From: a virus
Lineage: Duplodnaviria; Heunggongvirae; Uroviricota; Caudoviricetes
Length of the DNA stretch: 64,000 nt
IMG/VR virus record: IMGVR_UViG_3300042535_000037
Span: 36,031 to 100,030 of that record
Reading direction: 5' to 3' (one strand)
Below the pieces are notes generated by a model. That model was given only the letters and a program-made list of their open reading frames with translations, was not told the DNA's origin and ran no database searches. This document shows positions 27,651 through 37,227 of the stretch, in pieces; position 1 is the first letter of the stretch; each line of letters starts with the position of its first letter. Position numbers and translations under genes: made by a program.

Positions 27651-28529
27651 ATGCAGATTCCTGACTCATTTCCTAAAATTCCAGACTCCATCTCACACTT
27701 ACCTAGTTCTATCTCTAATTCAATTCCAAACCCATTTTCTCACGAAGACCCTGCTGACAAGTCCAGACGTATTAACAATGACTATGACTACTACTTAAAA
27801 CAACTAGCTCTTCATGAACATAACGCATTTTACGCAACGGATGACTCTAAAAAAGAGCAAATAATCAAAGAAATTAAACAAATGATTTATACTCCTAGAG
27901 AAGTTCCAGAGGAAAAACCAGTAGAGCGTGTACCAATTCCTCATGACACAACATATAATCCAAAAGAAGAGCAGAAGCTTCCTCAACCAATGACTTTCCG
28001 CCTAGATGATGCAACATATAAAAAGCTTAATGCCTACGGAATAGCCATAAAATCAATAAATAAAGGAAGAAAATATATGCTAACTTCCGTTGATGACCCA
28101 GATAAGCTCTCAAATATCCCAATATGGAGAAATGCATCTGTATCAGTTAGAGATGAAGGTACTAATTACATGATTATCCTCAATGTACCCGAAGTAAACT
28201 CTGACTCTATAAGGGTTCCTAAGCCAAAAGCACCAGTGACAATAGTCAAAGATTCCAACCCTACTCCTGTCATAACCTCTATACCTTCCATACAAGTACC
28301 TCAAGAGCCTTCTGCTATCAAGCAGGCTATACAAGCCTCACTTGAACCTTTACCTTCTCCTGAGACTCCCGCACAGACTCCACAAGAGCCAATTAAAGAA
28401 CCTAAAAAAGAAAAGGTTAGAGAGCTCAAGGTAAAACAACCACAACCCATTATATCTTCTGACATACCAGTTCAAAAACCTAAAAAGCAAAAAATACCTA
28501 AACTAGACTTCGCTAATCAAAAACCTTAA
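27651..28529 (+). CDS. Pro-rich hypothetical protein
   Basis: ORF. Confidence 0.45.
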   Translation: MQIPDSFPKIPDSISHLPSSISNSIPNPFSHEDPADKSRRINNDYDYYLKQLALHEHNAFYATDDSKKEQIIKEIKQMIYTPREVPEEKPVERVPIPHDTTYNPKEEQKLPQPMTFRLDDATYKKLNAYGIAIKSINKGRKYMLTSVDDPDKLSNIPIWRNASVSVRDEGTNYMIILNVPEVNSDSIRVPKPKAPVTIVKDSNPTPVITSIPSIQVPQEPSAIKQAIQASLEPLPSPETPAQTPQEPIKEPKKEKVRELKVKQPQPIISSDIPVQKPKKQKIPKLDFANQKP

Positions 28530-28562
28530 ATATATTCCCACCTATTAATCAAGTGATTATAT

Positions 28563-29204
28563 ATGAAGATTTCAGATACAGATATTAAATTAATCAAAGA
28601 TTTCGCAATAAGTGAATTACTTGCAAGCGAAAGGAAAGGGATTGAAAATCTCGTTGACTTCATGAATTCAAATGATTATTTTGATGCACCTGCATCTAAA
28701 GGACATCACCACAATTATGAAAATGGTCTTCTTATTCATTCTTATGATGTTCACATTAACTTCACTGTAAACTTATCCAAGTTTGGATTTGACCCATCAA
28801 GAATAAATCCAGCTATAGTGGCTTATGGTCATGATATCTGTAAACATAAACAATATCAGTTCCAATATGGTAATATAGCCTACAACAATGTTGAACTCGA
28901 TAAGGGTCATGGTAAATATTCAGTAGAAATACTTGAAAAATTCATCAAACTTACGTATGCAGAAAAAGCAATAATTCAATTTCATATGGGAGATTTCTAT
29001 ACTTCAGAACTTAATACTGAACATGGAGAATACCCAAGAAAGCTATTAAGCGCAACCCTTGGAGTACACCCAGAACTACTAACTTTCATATATGCAGATG
29101 TAAAATCTACTGGCGAAGTAAATAGAGAGATGCAAAATCATCTTAACTTACTACATGCAAACACTGAATCCACAGTTGAGGATTTCACCTTTATTGGAGA
29201 GTAA
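28563..29204 (+). CDS. HD-domain phosphohydrolase
   Basis: GHHHNYENGLLIHSYDV ... AYGHDICKH (H..HD..D). Confidence 0.55.
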   Translation: MKISDTDIKLIKDFAISELLASERKGIENLVDFMNSNDYFDAPASKGHHHNYENGLLIHSYDVHINFTVNLSKFGFDPSRINPAIVAYGHDICKHKQYQFQYGNIAYNNVELDKGHGKYSVEILEKFIKLTYAEKAIIQFHMGDFYTSELNTEHGEYPRKLLSATLGVHPELLTFIYADVKSTGEVNREMQNHLNLLHANTESTVEDFTFIGE

Positions 29205-30140
29205 ATGTTCCTTGCTACATGTGAGGTTTTCACAAAAAACGGATGGAAACTTCTACCCGAAGAACCTTGTTCTATCCCAGATGTATTTACATTTGACCCT
29301 AATTCTGGAAAGATAGAACTAGGAAAATTCACCTACAAAACAACTGAGTATGTAGGAAAAGTAGTTACTATTCAAAATCGTTTACTTGACTTGGTATTTC
29401 CAGAATTATCCATGTTCCTTACTAACCAGCAAGAAAAAATCAATTGTTATTGCCGTTTTCCAGTATATGCAATAAACAAAAAAAGTACTACATCTCTTCC
29501 AGTATCGGGATACTATGAAGGCTCGGAAATAGAAGACCCTTTACTTTTGTACTTGGTTGGTATCATCATTTCAAAAGGAAGACTATCTTCAGAAAACATA
29601 GAATTATTTATAGAAATGGAAGACTTAGCAGACCATATCTCCGATGTATTAACTGAATTAAGCATCTCTCATAAAAAGAATTCAATCCAAATAGGAGATA
29701 CAACTGCAACAGCCTTTAAGATTCAAAATTACAAGCAGTACGAATTTTCTAAATACTTCAACAATTCACTTCATCCAAATTCTATGCTACTTGAAATATC
29801 TATTCCAGAGAGACTAGCAATTATAGAAGCAATTATGGATACATGTTCATCTAAACGTGACCGTTTCATATTTACACATCCCGATAAACAAATTCATGAA
29901 TTCATAAGAGACCTGCTAACACTTAGCGGGATGAACTCTTATTACGTGAAAACTATGTACTCAGGTCTATCTTTATCAATAAAGCCTGAGCCATTCGCTA
30001 CCGTTCACCACTCAAATTTCGACAACTCAATATCAAAAGCCGAAATGAACAGCAAGTTTATAAGTGGTAAAAATAAGTTCAATACAGTAGTTGTGAAATG
30101 CGCAGACAAAATTTGCGTTGTTCATACAGACAATCCATGA
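29205..30140 (+). CDS. hypothetical protein (weak Hint/LAGLIDADG-like features, not supported)
   Basis: same frame as HD gene across a single TAA. Confidence 0.45.
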   Translation: MFLATCEVFTKNGWKLLPEEPCSIPDVFTFDPNSGKIELGKFTYKTTEYVGKVVTIQNRLLDLVFPELSMFLTNQQEKINCYCRFPVYAINKKSTTSLPVSGYYEGSEIEDPLLLYLVGIIISKGRLSSENIELFIEMEDLADHISDVLTELSISHKKNSIQIGDTTATAFKIQNYKQYEFSKYFNNSLHPNSMLLEISIPERLAIIEAIMDTCSSKRDRFIFTHPDKQIHEFIRDLLTLSGMNSYYVKTMYSGLSLSIKPEPFATVHHSNFDNSISKAEMNSKFISGKNKFNTVVVKCADKICVVHTDNP

Positions 30141-30150
30141 GGAAAATAAA

Positions 30151-30444
30151 ATGTTCAAACAAACATCTGCAAATGTAAAAGTTCTACATAAAGAACAAGC
30201 AGACCCTAAGACACCGGAACCTTTTCTGGTAAACATAGCAACACTGAAAACCATTTTGCCAAAACTTTCAGGAACTCTTGACATATCATACGAATTACTT
30301 CGTGAAAATACAAAGCTGAAAGACCTATGCCTTCTTTCTACACACTCACAAGTGAGTTTAATTCATGACAACCCTGAAGACGAAGAAAGAGCTTTTCAAA
30401 TTGCAGAGCTCATTCAGCATATGGTAAAAGAGAATGCCTACTAA
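30151..30444 (+). CDS. hypothetical protein
   Basis: SD GAGGAAAA before ATG. Confidence 0.45.
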   Translation: MFKQTSANVKVLHKEQADPKTPEPFLVNIATLKTILPKLSGTLDISYELLRENTKLKDLCLLSTHSQVSLIHDNPEDEERAFQIAELIQHMVKENAY

Positions 30445-30481
30445 GGCATTCTTTATATACTAAAAACTCTTTTTCTTAACT

Positions 30482-30826
30482 ATGAAGTCTACAATCATTC
30501 CATTCGTGGAATTACTGCTAGAAACACGCAAAAACGTGAAAGTAACGCTTAGGACCAAAGATAATCCATGTACTTTTTATCACATGTTATTTTTCAAAAA
30601 TAACAAACATGTAGGAATGTTCACCTGTATCACAAAAATACCAAGTATTACACCCGAAGATGCATTCTCATTAGCTTCAGATAATGCTTGTTGCTCAGTA
30701 GATGGCTTTCCAGTAAATGTAGTAGTACATGAAGTTAGTGGAAAACAATTTGAATTACCAAAGGATATTTCCTTCGACAGTATCTATAAAATTGACTACT
30801 CAAAACATGAAATAGTAAAAATCTAA
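30482..30826 (+). CDS. hypothetical protein
   Basis: ORF. Confidence 0.45.
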   Translation: MKSTIIPFVELLLETRKNVKVTLRTKDNPCTFYHMLFFKNNKHVGMFTCITKIPSITPEDAFSLASDNACCSVDGFPVNVVVHEVSGKQFELPKDISFDSIYKIDYSKHEIVKI

Positions 30827-31044
30827 TTTTTGCATTCTGAAGACTTGACGTTTAAAACACGTTCAGTTTTCAAATATTTTCTCATTCTAGGTATCTTGTT
30901 ATCTTCAACAAGAACAATAAATCCCCTAACCCTCAAGCTATCTGCTGTATGTGCGGAAACCTCAGAAGTCACTATCTTTGGTTCTGTAAAACTTAAACTC
31001 ATCAATGCCTTTCTTTGCGCTTCACTCAAAGAGATTTGACTCAT
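30823..31044 (-). CDS. small minus-strand protein (possible DNA-binding regulator)
   Basis: isolated minus-strand ORF in a plus-strand block. Confidence 0.35.
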   Translation of the reverse strand: MSQISLSEAQRKALMSLSFTEPKIVTSEVSAHTADSLRVRGFIVLVEDNKIPRMRKYLKTERVLNVKSSECKN

Positions 31045-31136
31045 TGCTTAATAATAGATTTCCATATATATAAAGGATTTCCTACAAGCATTAACGTTAA
31101 ATACTTAATCAACACTATCATAATAGTGGTTCATTT

Positions 31137-31340
31137 ATGGAAAAATTCAAGATGAAGTCCATTGATGAAAAGGAAATTGTCTTATCTAATTGTGGCGAAT
31201 TAGACAAAATGTATTCGCTCATAGTGAAAGATGAACCTTTCATAGCAGACTTTGGAGATGGAAAAGCCAAAGTAATTGTATCGAGTCTTTTGTCATCGAG
31301 AGTAAAATCAGGTGACATAGCAATAAGAGCAGAGGAATAA
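31137..31340 (+). CDS. small protein upstream of SPFH gene (possible NfeD-like beta-barrel)
   Basis: abuts SPFH gene start; weak similarity only. Confidence 0.35.
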   Translation: MEKFKMKSIDEKEIVLSNCGELDKMYSLIVKDEPFIADFGDGKAKVIVSSLLSSRVKSGDIAIRAEE

Positions 31341-32663
31341 ATGTTAGACACAATAATGAATCTAGCTTTAGGCTTGTTACCAAGCTTCGTACAGATGTTG
31401 CTTATAATAATTCTTATCATCTTAATTGGTGCTAATTTCTACGTAATTGTGGATGTATCTGAAGCACATGTAGTAGTCACACCAAAAGGGAAAATGATTA
31501 TATCTTCAGACCCCAATATTTCTAGTAAAAATTGGTATATAAGGATACCAAAAAGAATACCTTTTATTGGGCGTTCGGTAAGGATTATAGATGTTTCTGT
31601 ACATGAAACAATCATTGAACAGGAAACATATGAAAAAGAGCAAGCGCGTTACCTCGTTAAGTCTTCTACAAAATACAGAGTAGTAGATGTAGCAGTAGCA
31701 GCAGAGACCTTCCGTACCCCAAAAGAACTCGAAGCTATGCTTTTTGAAATTATCCAATCTGCTGTTCGTGCAGTTACAGTAAAGTACGAAATTACTACAG
31801 CCAGAGCGGAAAAAAGTAAAATAGAATCTGATATTTGTGCTGAAATGTCCGATGATTTCAAAAAGTACGGTCTAGAAATCTACAACTTTAACTTAGTAGA
31901 CTTCAAAGATACACCACAAAGTAAAGCCGTGTCTTCAATATCAGAGAGGCGTGAAGCACAAATCACATCAGACACAGCTATTGAGGTTGCAGGTCGCCTA
32001 CAAGCTTCCAGAGTTAAGCAAGCTGAAGCAGACCAAACGGCTTCTCTACGTGAAACTGAAGCAAATCAAATCAAAGAACAGCGTGTCCAAGAGTCTGAAA
32101 TGTACATACAAAAGAAGAGAGCCGAATCAGAAAAGGCTAGACTAGAAGTAGTACAGGTTCAAACTATAATGCAGCAAAATATAGACAAGGAAAAAGCTAT
32201 AATTCTTGCTGAACAAGAAAAGGTTATCGCTGAAATCAATAAAGATAAACTTAGAGAAGAGGGTGCAGGTCAACGCCTTAAACTTGAAGAAATCGCAAAA
32301 GGTGAAGCTGCTGCAATCCGTGAAAACTTAGTAGCAGAAGCAGAAGGTAAACAAAGACTTCAGGAAGCTCTCTCTAAGTTCACACCAGAAGCAATCAACG
32401 CAATGGTAGCACCACAAGTCGTTGAAGCCTATAAACTCATTGGAGTAGCTTCTGCTGAAGCCCTGAAGACCGCAGACTTCCGTGTATTTGCTGGTAGTGG
32501 TGGAGAATCTGGATTTGACATTGGAAAAGTAATCTCAGCAACTATGGTTTCAAATGAAGAAACCGCAGGTGCTATTCTCAATAGAATCTCAAAACCACAT
32601 GACCTTGGCATTGGTTCAGTTAAAGTTGATAAACAAACCTTAGCTGAAAAATTGGAAGGGTAA
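31341..32663 (+). CDS. SPFH/band-7 (flotillin/stomatin-like) membrane protein with long coiled coil
   Basis: N-terminal TM, SPFH-like core, Ala/Glu/Gln-rich coiled coil. Confidence 0.6.
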   Translation: MLDTIMNLALGLLPSFVQMLLIIILIILIGANFYVIVDVSEAHVVVTPKGKMIISSDPNISSKNWYIRIPKRIPFIGRSVRIIDVSVHETIIEQETYEKEQARYLVKSSTKYRVVDVAVAAETFRTPKELEAMLFEIIQSAVRAVTVKYEITTARAEKSKIESDICAEMSDDFKKYGLEIYNFNLVDFKDTPQSKAVSSISERREAQITSDTAIEVAGRLQASRVKQAEADQTASLRETEANQIKEQRVQESEMYIQKKRAESEKARLEVVQVQTIMQQNIDKEKAIILAEQEKVIAEINKDKLREEGAGQRLKLEEIAKGEAAAIRENLVAEAEGKQRLQEALSKFTPEAINAMVAPQVVEAYKLIGVASAEALKTADFRVFAGSGGESGFDIGKVISATMVSNEETAGAILNRISKPHDLGIGSVKVDKQTLAEKLEG

Positions 32664-32705
32664 TCCTTCCAATACCTTTTTATACTTTAATGCTAAGTAA
32701 ATGTT

Positions 32706-34694
32706 GTGATGGTTATGAAAAAATACTTTATTTTATTTTTACTCCTACTCATATCAACGGCAAGTGCAGTTGATGTGAACCCACCCTTAGTATTTGCGGG
32801 TAATACAACTTCAGTTACTCTCAATTACTCAACTACAGTTGATGCCTTAACATTCTATTCTCAAAACAATACCCTAGTAATGGATGATATATCTCATCAG
32901 TTTACTACTACAGGAACGATGAATGTTACTTTCAACGGTTTATTAGAGCTTACTCATACAGGTAGCACAGGTACTTGGACCGTTGGCGGGCTACAGGATG
33001 GAAACTATTCTCTATACATAGACGACTCCTTCTATGAAACAATTTCAAATGGAGATGCTGTATCCCTTAATTCTATAGCAAAATATGAAATTCAACCAGC
33101 AGACGATGTTATGACTTTGAACATGACTTATTGGGAACCTCTCAATGAAACATGTGCTAAATTCACCATCTCAAATGTCTATACAGCATGGTATCCACAG
33201 CTTTCATACACAGTAGCAGACCATACATATTTCCTTTACCGTGACTCAACAGGAACTCTCCTTGCAACTAACGCTACTACATCAACAAACCAAACCATCA
33301 CACTTATAGGAGACTCCATACTTACTTCAGGAAATTATACCATCACTCACATTTTAACATCACTTGTAGGAGTAACTGTTCCAGAAATTACATCATACTC
33401 ACCATCTACACCATCATTCTCAATATTACCAAGTGGTCAAACATCTCAGAGAACATTTACAATTTCATCTGCCAATGACCCCAACTTAGACGTAAAATGG
33501 TATTATGGTGACAAATTCTACAGTTCATACGCCAATGATGAAAATTACATATCTACTTATGGATATACATTAGTAGACACTGTAGAAGTCAATTCTACAT
33601 CAACAACACATACATTCACAACTGATGAACCTGAAACAATAGGTGTAATTGCTCGTCTTATGAATGAGTCAAGTGGTCTCTATGAAGACAAAATCTGGAA
33701 TTGGGTAGTTCAGGAACCAGACTTTGATGAATCTATGGAATATAGTAGTGTTCCTACAGAGAAACCAAACACTATCATCCTTACATCTTCAAATGAGCAC
33801 ATATCAAGTGTAATCTTAGAGTATGAAATTGATGGGGAATACACTAACGTAACAATGGAATCTACATACTCTAATTATGAATATGGAGAAACCATTAACA
33901 ATGAAACTTCATACACATATACTGAAATATTTGAATGTGAAATTAACCCAATGGAAGAAGGAACCTATAACATTGCATCATACTATGTAACTCAGGATGG
34001 AGTTCAATACTCTATAGATGGAAATCTTGAGTTTACAGCAGCAGTAGATGGTTCCACAGTTCAATATACAACTCGTTCTTCCGGTGGCTCATCTTCCGGT
34101 GGTAGTGGTGGAAGTTCAAAGACAACTCAGACCCAAGAAATCATAGAAAAACTCGTAGTTAAAGATGGAGTGGAAACATTCAAGAAGACTTCAGAACACT
34201 CTCTATATTCAGTTTCATCATCAGATGAATCATTTACTGTGCTTGTAAAAGATATAGACAGTGAATTAGAAGATGAATCCGTCTACAAAGAAATGGACAT
34301 TTCAACAACTGAAAACGAAACAGTTGACATAACATTCCTTGTAGATACCTCTTGGCTTAACGAAAATGGCGGCTCTGTAAAACTCCTTCATTATACAAAC
34401 GATGAATGGGTAGAAGTTCCAGTAAAGATGCTCTCAAAGACAGATGACTATGTTAAATATGGAGCAACATTAACTTCATACTCTCCATATGCAATCGTGG
34501 CATCCAACGCCAACGTAGGAACCTCTACGAGCGACTCAGACGTAGGAACCTACATTATCATAGCAGTACTTGTAATAGGAGCTCTAGCGTACCTAAGATT
34601 CAAGCCAAGGTCAAAGAAACCCTTTAGTCTTAAATCCCTAAACAAGACTAAACAAAAATCAAAGCCAAAAAAGAGAAATTGGACAGAATTATGA
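32706..34694 (+). CDS. cell-surface protein (signal peptide, Gly/Ser linker, C-terminal TM + basic tail)
   Basis: canonical promoter; S/T-rich. Confidence 0.6.
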   Translation: MMVMKKYFILFLLLLISTASAVDVNPPLVFAGNTTSVTLNYSTTVDALTFYSQNNTLVMDDISHQFTTTGTMNVTFNGLLELTHTGSTGTWTVGGLQDGNYSLYIDDSFYETISNGDAVSLNSIAKYEIQPADDVMTLNMTYWEPLNETCAKFTISNVYTAWYPQLSYTVADHTYFLYRDSTGTLLATNATTSTNQTITLIGDSILTSGNYTITHILTSLVGVTVPEITSYSPSTPSFSILPSGQTSQRTFTISSANDPNLDVKWYYGDKFYSSYANDENYISTYGYTLVDTVEVNSTSTTHTFTTDEPETIGVIARLMNESSGLYEDKIWNWVVQEPDFDESMEYSSVPTEKPNTIILTSSNEHISSVILEYEIDGEYTNVTMESTYSNYEYGETINNETSYTYTEIFECEINPMEEGTYNIASYYVTQDGVQYSIDGNLEFTAAVDGSTVQYTTRSSGGSSSGGSGGSSKTTQTQEIIEKLVVKDGVETFKKTSEHSLYSVSSSDESFTVLVKDIDSELEDESVYKEMDISTTENETVDITFLVDTSWLNENGGSVKLLHYTNDEWVEVPVKMLSKTDDYVKYGATLTSYSPYAIVASNANVGTSTSDSDVGTYIIIAVLVIGALAYLRFKPRSKKPFSLKSLNKTKQKSKPKKRNWTEL

Positions 34695-36860
34695 TTCTGT
34701 CTCATACATATTTCTTATTTCAATAATATTCTTGTGACAAATATATGGCATCTTTTCTTTCTTTCTTAATAGCCATCCATAGAACTCATTGTCTTCCTTC
34801 GTGAACAACTTATTCTCATGAACACTTCTACTCTTCTTTAATTTGTGAGCAACATCTCTAGCCTTCTTCCATCTCCTATAATACGCGCCCTTGATTTTTA
34901 CCATCTTTCCTTCTGCATCCTCAAGGACATAACCTTCAATGTACTCTCCGTTCCTCTTGAATTCCATAGCAGTAGACTCTTCTACAAACTTAGTGAATTC
35001 ATTGGAATCATTAATTTCCCCATCATACTCCTTTACTTCTGCTCCAATCAACTTTCCAAGACTAACCAACTGTTCATATGGTAATCTCTCAAGCTTGAAG
35101 TCATTCTTTACTACATCGAGTAAAATTACTTCCTTTCTTTCATACTCTATTATATGTGGGTCATTTTCAGGGTCAAGAACCTCAAACACAAAGGTTACAT
35201 TGAAGTCCTTGATATATTGCTCAAGTGCATCTATGTTAAGACTCTTGGTTGCAATATGCTTGAACCAATCCGCGTATATACCTTCGGTAGTACTCTTACT
35301 TGCATAAAGCATTCCCAACTCTTCATCTCTTCCTATAAGCCCTAGGAACCCATTATACTTCACGAACTTATGTATCGGGTACTTAGCATTTACACTTATC
35401 TTTTGGAACGATGCAGACTCATTTTCATCAATATTAAAGAACTTCTCATAAGCTCTCATGACTATCTTGCCTGTTTGGACATTGACAAATAATCCTCTTG
35501 CCTTGATTGTCTGCTCATTCCAAATCTTCTTCCTAAATACCTCTCTGTCAAAATTATAGCTTACAATCTTGCCATCACACATGAAAACCTTGTTTATATT
35601 GTCATTTGCGTTCAGCTTTTCAAGCATTTCTCCCTCTGGAAGAACCTTTTCTTCATATTGCCTGAATACCGTATTAACTGTATAAACAAAGTCATATCCA
35701 TTTTCACTAATCTCAAATGCCCTGAGATTATCTCCCTTTTCTACTTCAGAATCTACTATGAAGCATCTTTCATTCATTACGGGTAACTTTGCTATATTTC
35801 TATGACCAAATACCTGATAATGATTCTCAGGAGCATTTTCATTGAAGGACTTAACTACTTCTCCTATTGACTTGTACTGACCGACACCATTTATCATCTG
35901 CTCAGTACTAATCAAAGCCAAGAACTGCGGAATATTGCTTAATCCACCGTGAGTACAAAGGAACCTTTCTCCATTATATTCATAATAGAAACACTCAAGC
36001 AGCTTCCTACACAACATTCTGACCTGCTTCTTAGTAACCCCATTAGGTTCCAAGTCCTTTGGCAAAGTCCTGTAAGTAAACTCCCTGCTCTGACAACTAA
36101 ATGGTACATTATCAGGTGAATTTCCCCACAACCAGAGCCATCTCTCATGGTTTCCTTCTAGCAAAACTACGTTCTTCTTTTCTGCAATTTCACAAAGGAA
36201 CTTAACGACCTTGGCATTCTCGATGCCTCTATCAATATAATCCCCTGTGAATATATAGAATTCATCATCTCTGATTTCACCATCTAGATACTCCATCAAT
36301 GCAGTGTGACATCCATGAATATCTCCGATATGGTGAATCTTCTTATATCCATTCAAATTTACACAAATATTCTTAACTTCTCCAAAGAAGTTATCCTTGT
36401 CAATAAACTTGACATACTTCTGTGTTTCAAAGTTATCGAATCTTGAGTACATCCTGTCAATTACATCTTCAGGCACGAACTTGTATGCATCTCTACTTCT
36501 ATTCCTTTCCTTGCAAATTTCAATTGGAACATCTGTAAAGTCAACACATCTCAATCTGTACCTATACTTTTCACAAAGAGTCTTATATCTGGTGAAATCT
36601 GTTCTCTTGCTATGGGTAGCATCAATTACTATAAAGTCTCCCCTATCCATTCTCTTCTCAAGAATCTCGAACATTAAATCCCAAACGTAATTATCATTCC
36701 TCTGGCTAATTCCCATATTTCCTTCAGCCGTAAGTTCAGGACTCTGACACAGGAGCCTTATATCATCAAGACAAATAGTATATGGCTCTAATCCATTCTC
36801 CCTAATCCAAGTGCTCTTTCCACTTGCAGGGCTACCTCTTGTAACTATTAAATATCTCAT
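34689..36860 (-). CDS. pnkp: polynucleotide kinase-phosphatase-ligase (bacterial Pnkp-like trifunctional end-healing/sealing enzyme)
   Basis: N-terminal P-loop GSPASGKST; central GDIHGCH, GDYIDRG, GNHE phosphoesterase; C-terminal nucleotidyltransferase motif I KYNGF. Confidence 0.7.
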   Translation of the reverse strand: MRYLIVTRGSPASGKSTWIRENGLEPYTICLDDIRLLCQSPELTAEGNMGISQRNDNYVWDLMFEILEKRMDRGDFIVIDATHSKRTDFTRYKTLCEKYRYRLRCVDFTDVPIEICKERNRSRDAYKFVPEDVIDRMYSRFDNFETQKYVKFIDKDNFFGEVKNICVNLNGYKKIHHIGDIHGCHTALMEYLDGEIRDDEFYIFTGDYIDRGIENAKVVKFLCEIAEKKNVVLLEGNHERWLWLWGNSPDNVPFSCQSREFTYRTLPKDLEPNGVTKKQVRMLCRKLLECFYYEYNGERFLCTHGGLSNIPQFLALISTEQMINGVGQYKSIGEVVKSFNENAPENHYQVFGHRNIAKLPVMNERCFIVDSEVEKGDNLRAFEISENGYDFVYTVNTVFRQYEEKVLPEGEMLEKLNANDNINKVFMCDGKIVSYNFDREVFRKKIWNEQTIKARGLFVNVQTGKIVMRAYEKFFNIDENESASFQKISVNAKYPIHKFVKYNGFLGLIGRDEELGMLYASKSTTEGIYADWFKHIATKSLNIDALEQYIKDFNVTFVFEVLDPENDPHIIEYERKEVILLDVVKNDFKLERLPYEQLVSLGKLIGAEVKEYDGEINDSNEFTKFVEESTAMEFKRNGEYIEGYVLEDAEGKMVKIKGAYYRRWKKARDVAHKLKKSRSVHENKLFTKEDNEFYGWLLRKKEKMPYICHKNIIEIRNMYETES

Positions 36861-36909
36861 CTAAATCACAAGAGGTTTTATAGGTACTACACCTATATAA
36901 CCTTTGTTA

Positions 36910-37143
36910 TCAAAAAATCATCACGTTTTCTACAACACTAACAGGGTTGTAGTAGCACCACTGACTAATCAGAGTATCAACTTCTTCCTTATTCCAAGAT
37001 GGAATAACCAGCTTTACATACAAAAATTCACCATCATTACCTTCTTCACAGTCAACATCCAAATCTTCTAACTCCGATATCATAGCCTTGTAGCTATCTC
37101 TCATCATCTCTCCATCTACTTTTAGGAACGTTGTTTTCTTCAT
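36910..37143 (-). CDS. small acidic protein
   Basis: ORF. Confidence 0.4.
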   Translation of the reverse strand: MKKTTFLKVDGEMMRDSYKAMISELEDLDVDCEEGNDGEFLYVKLVIPSWNKEEVDTLISQWCYYNPVSVVENVMIF

Positions 37144-37227
37144 GCTTTTATTAATGTAATTTTTTATATATCAATGTTTCCCACCAACCTTATATACTAA
37201 AAACCCATCCTCTCACTGAGGAACATC

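Noticed and set aside
28563-30140. Intein inserted in the HD phosphohydrolase gene
   Set aside because: The two ORFs are separated by a real TAA stop. The downstream ORF does not end in the canonical HN plus C/S/T, and the following ORF is in a different frame. At most a decayed remnant
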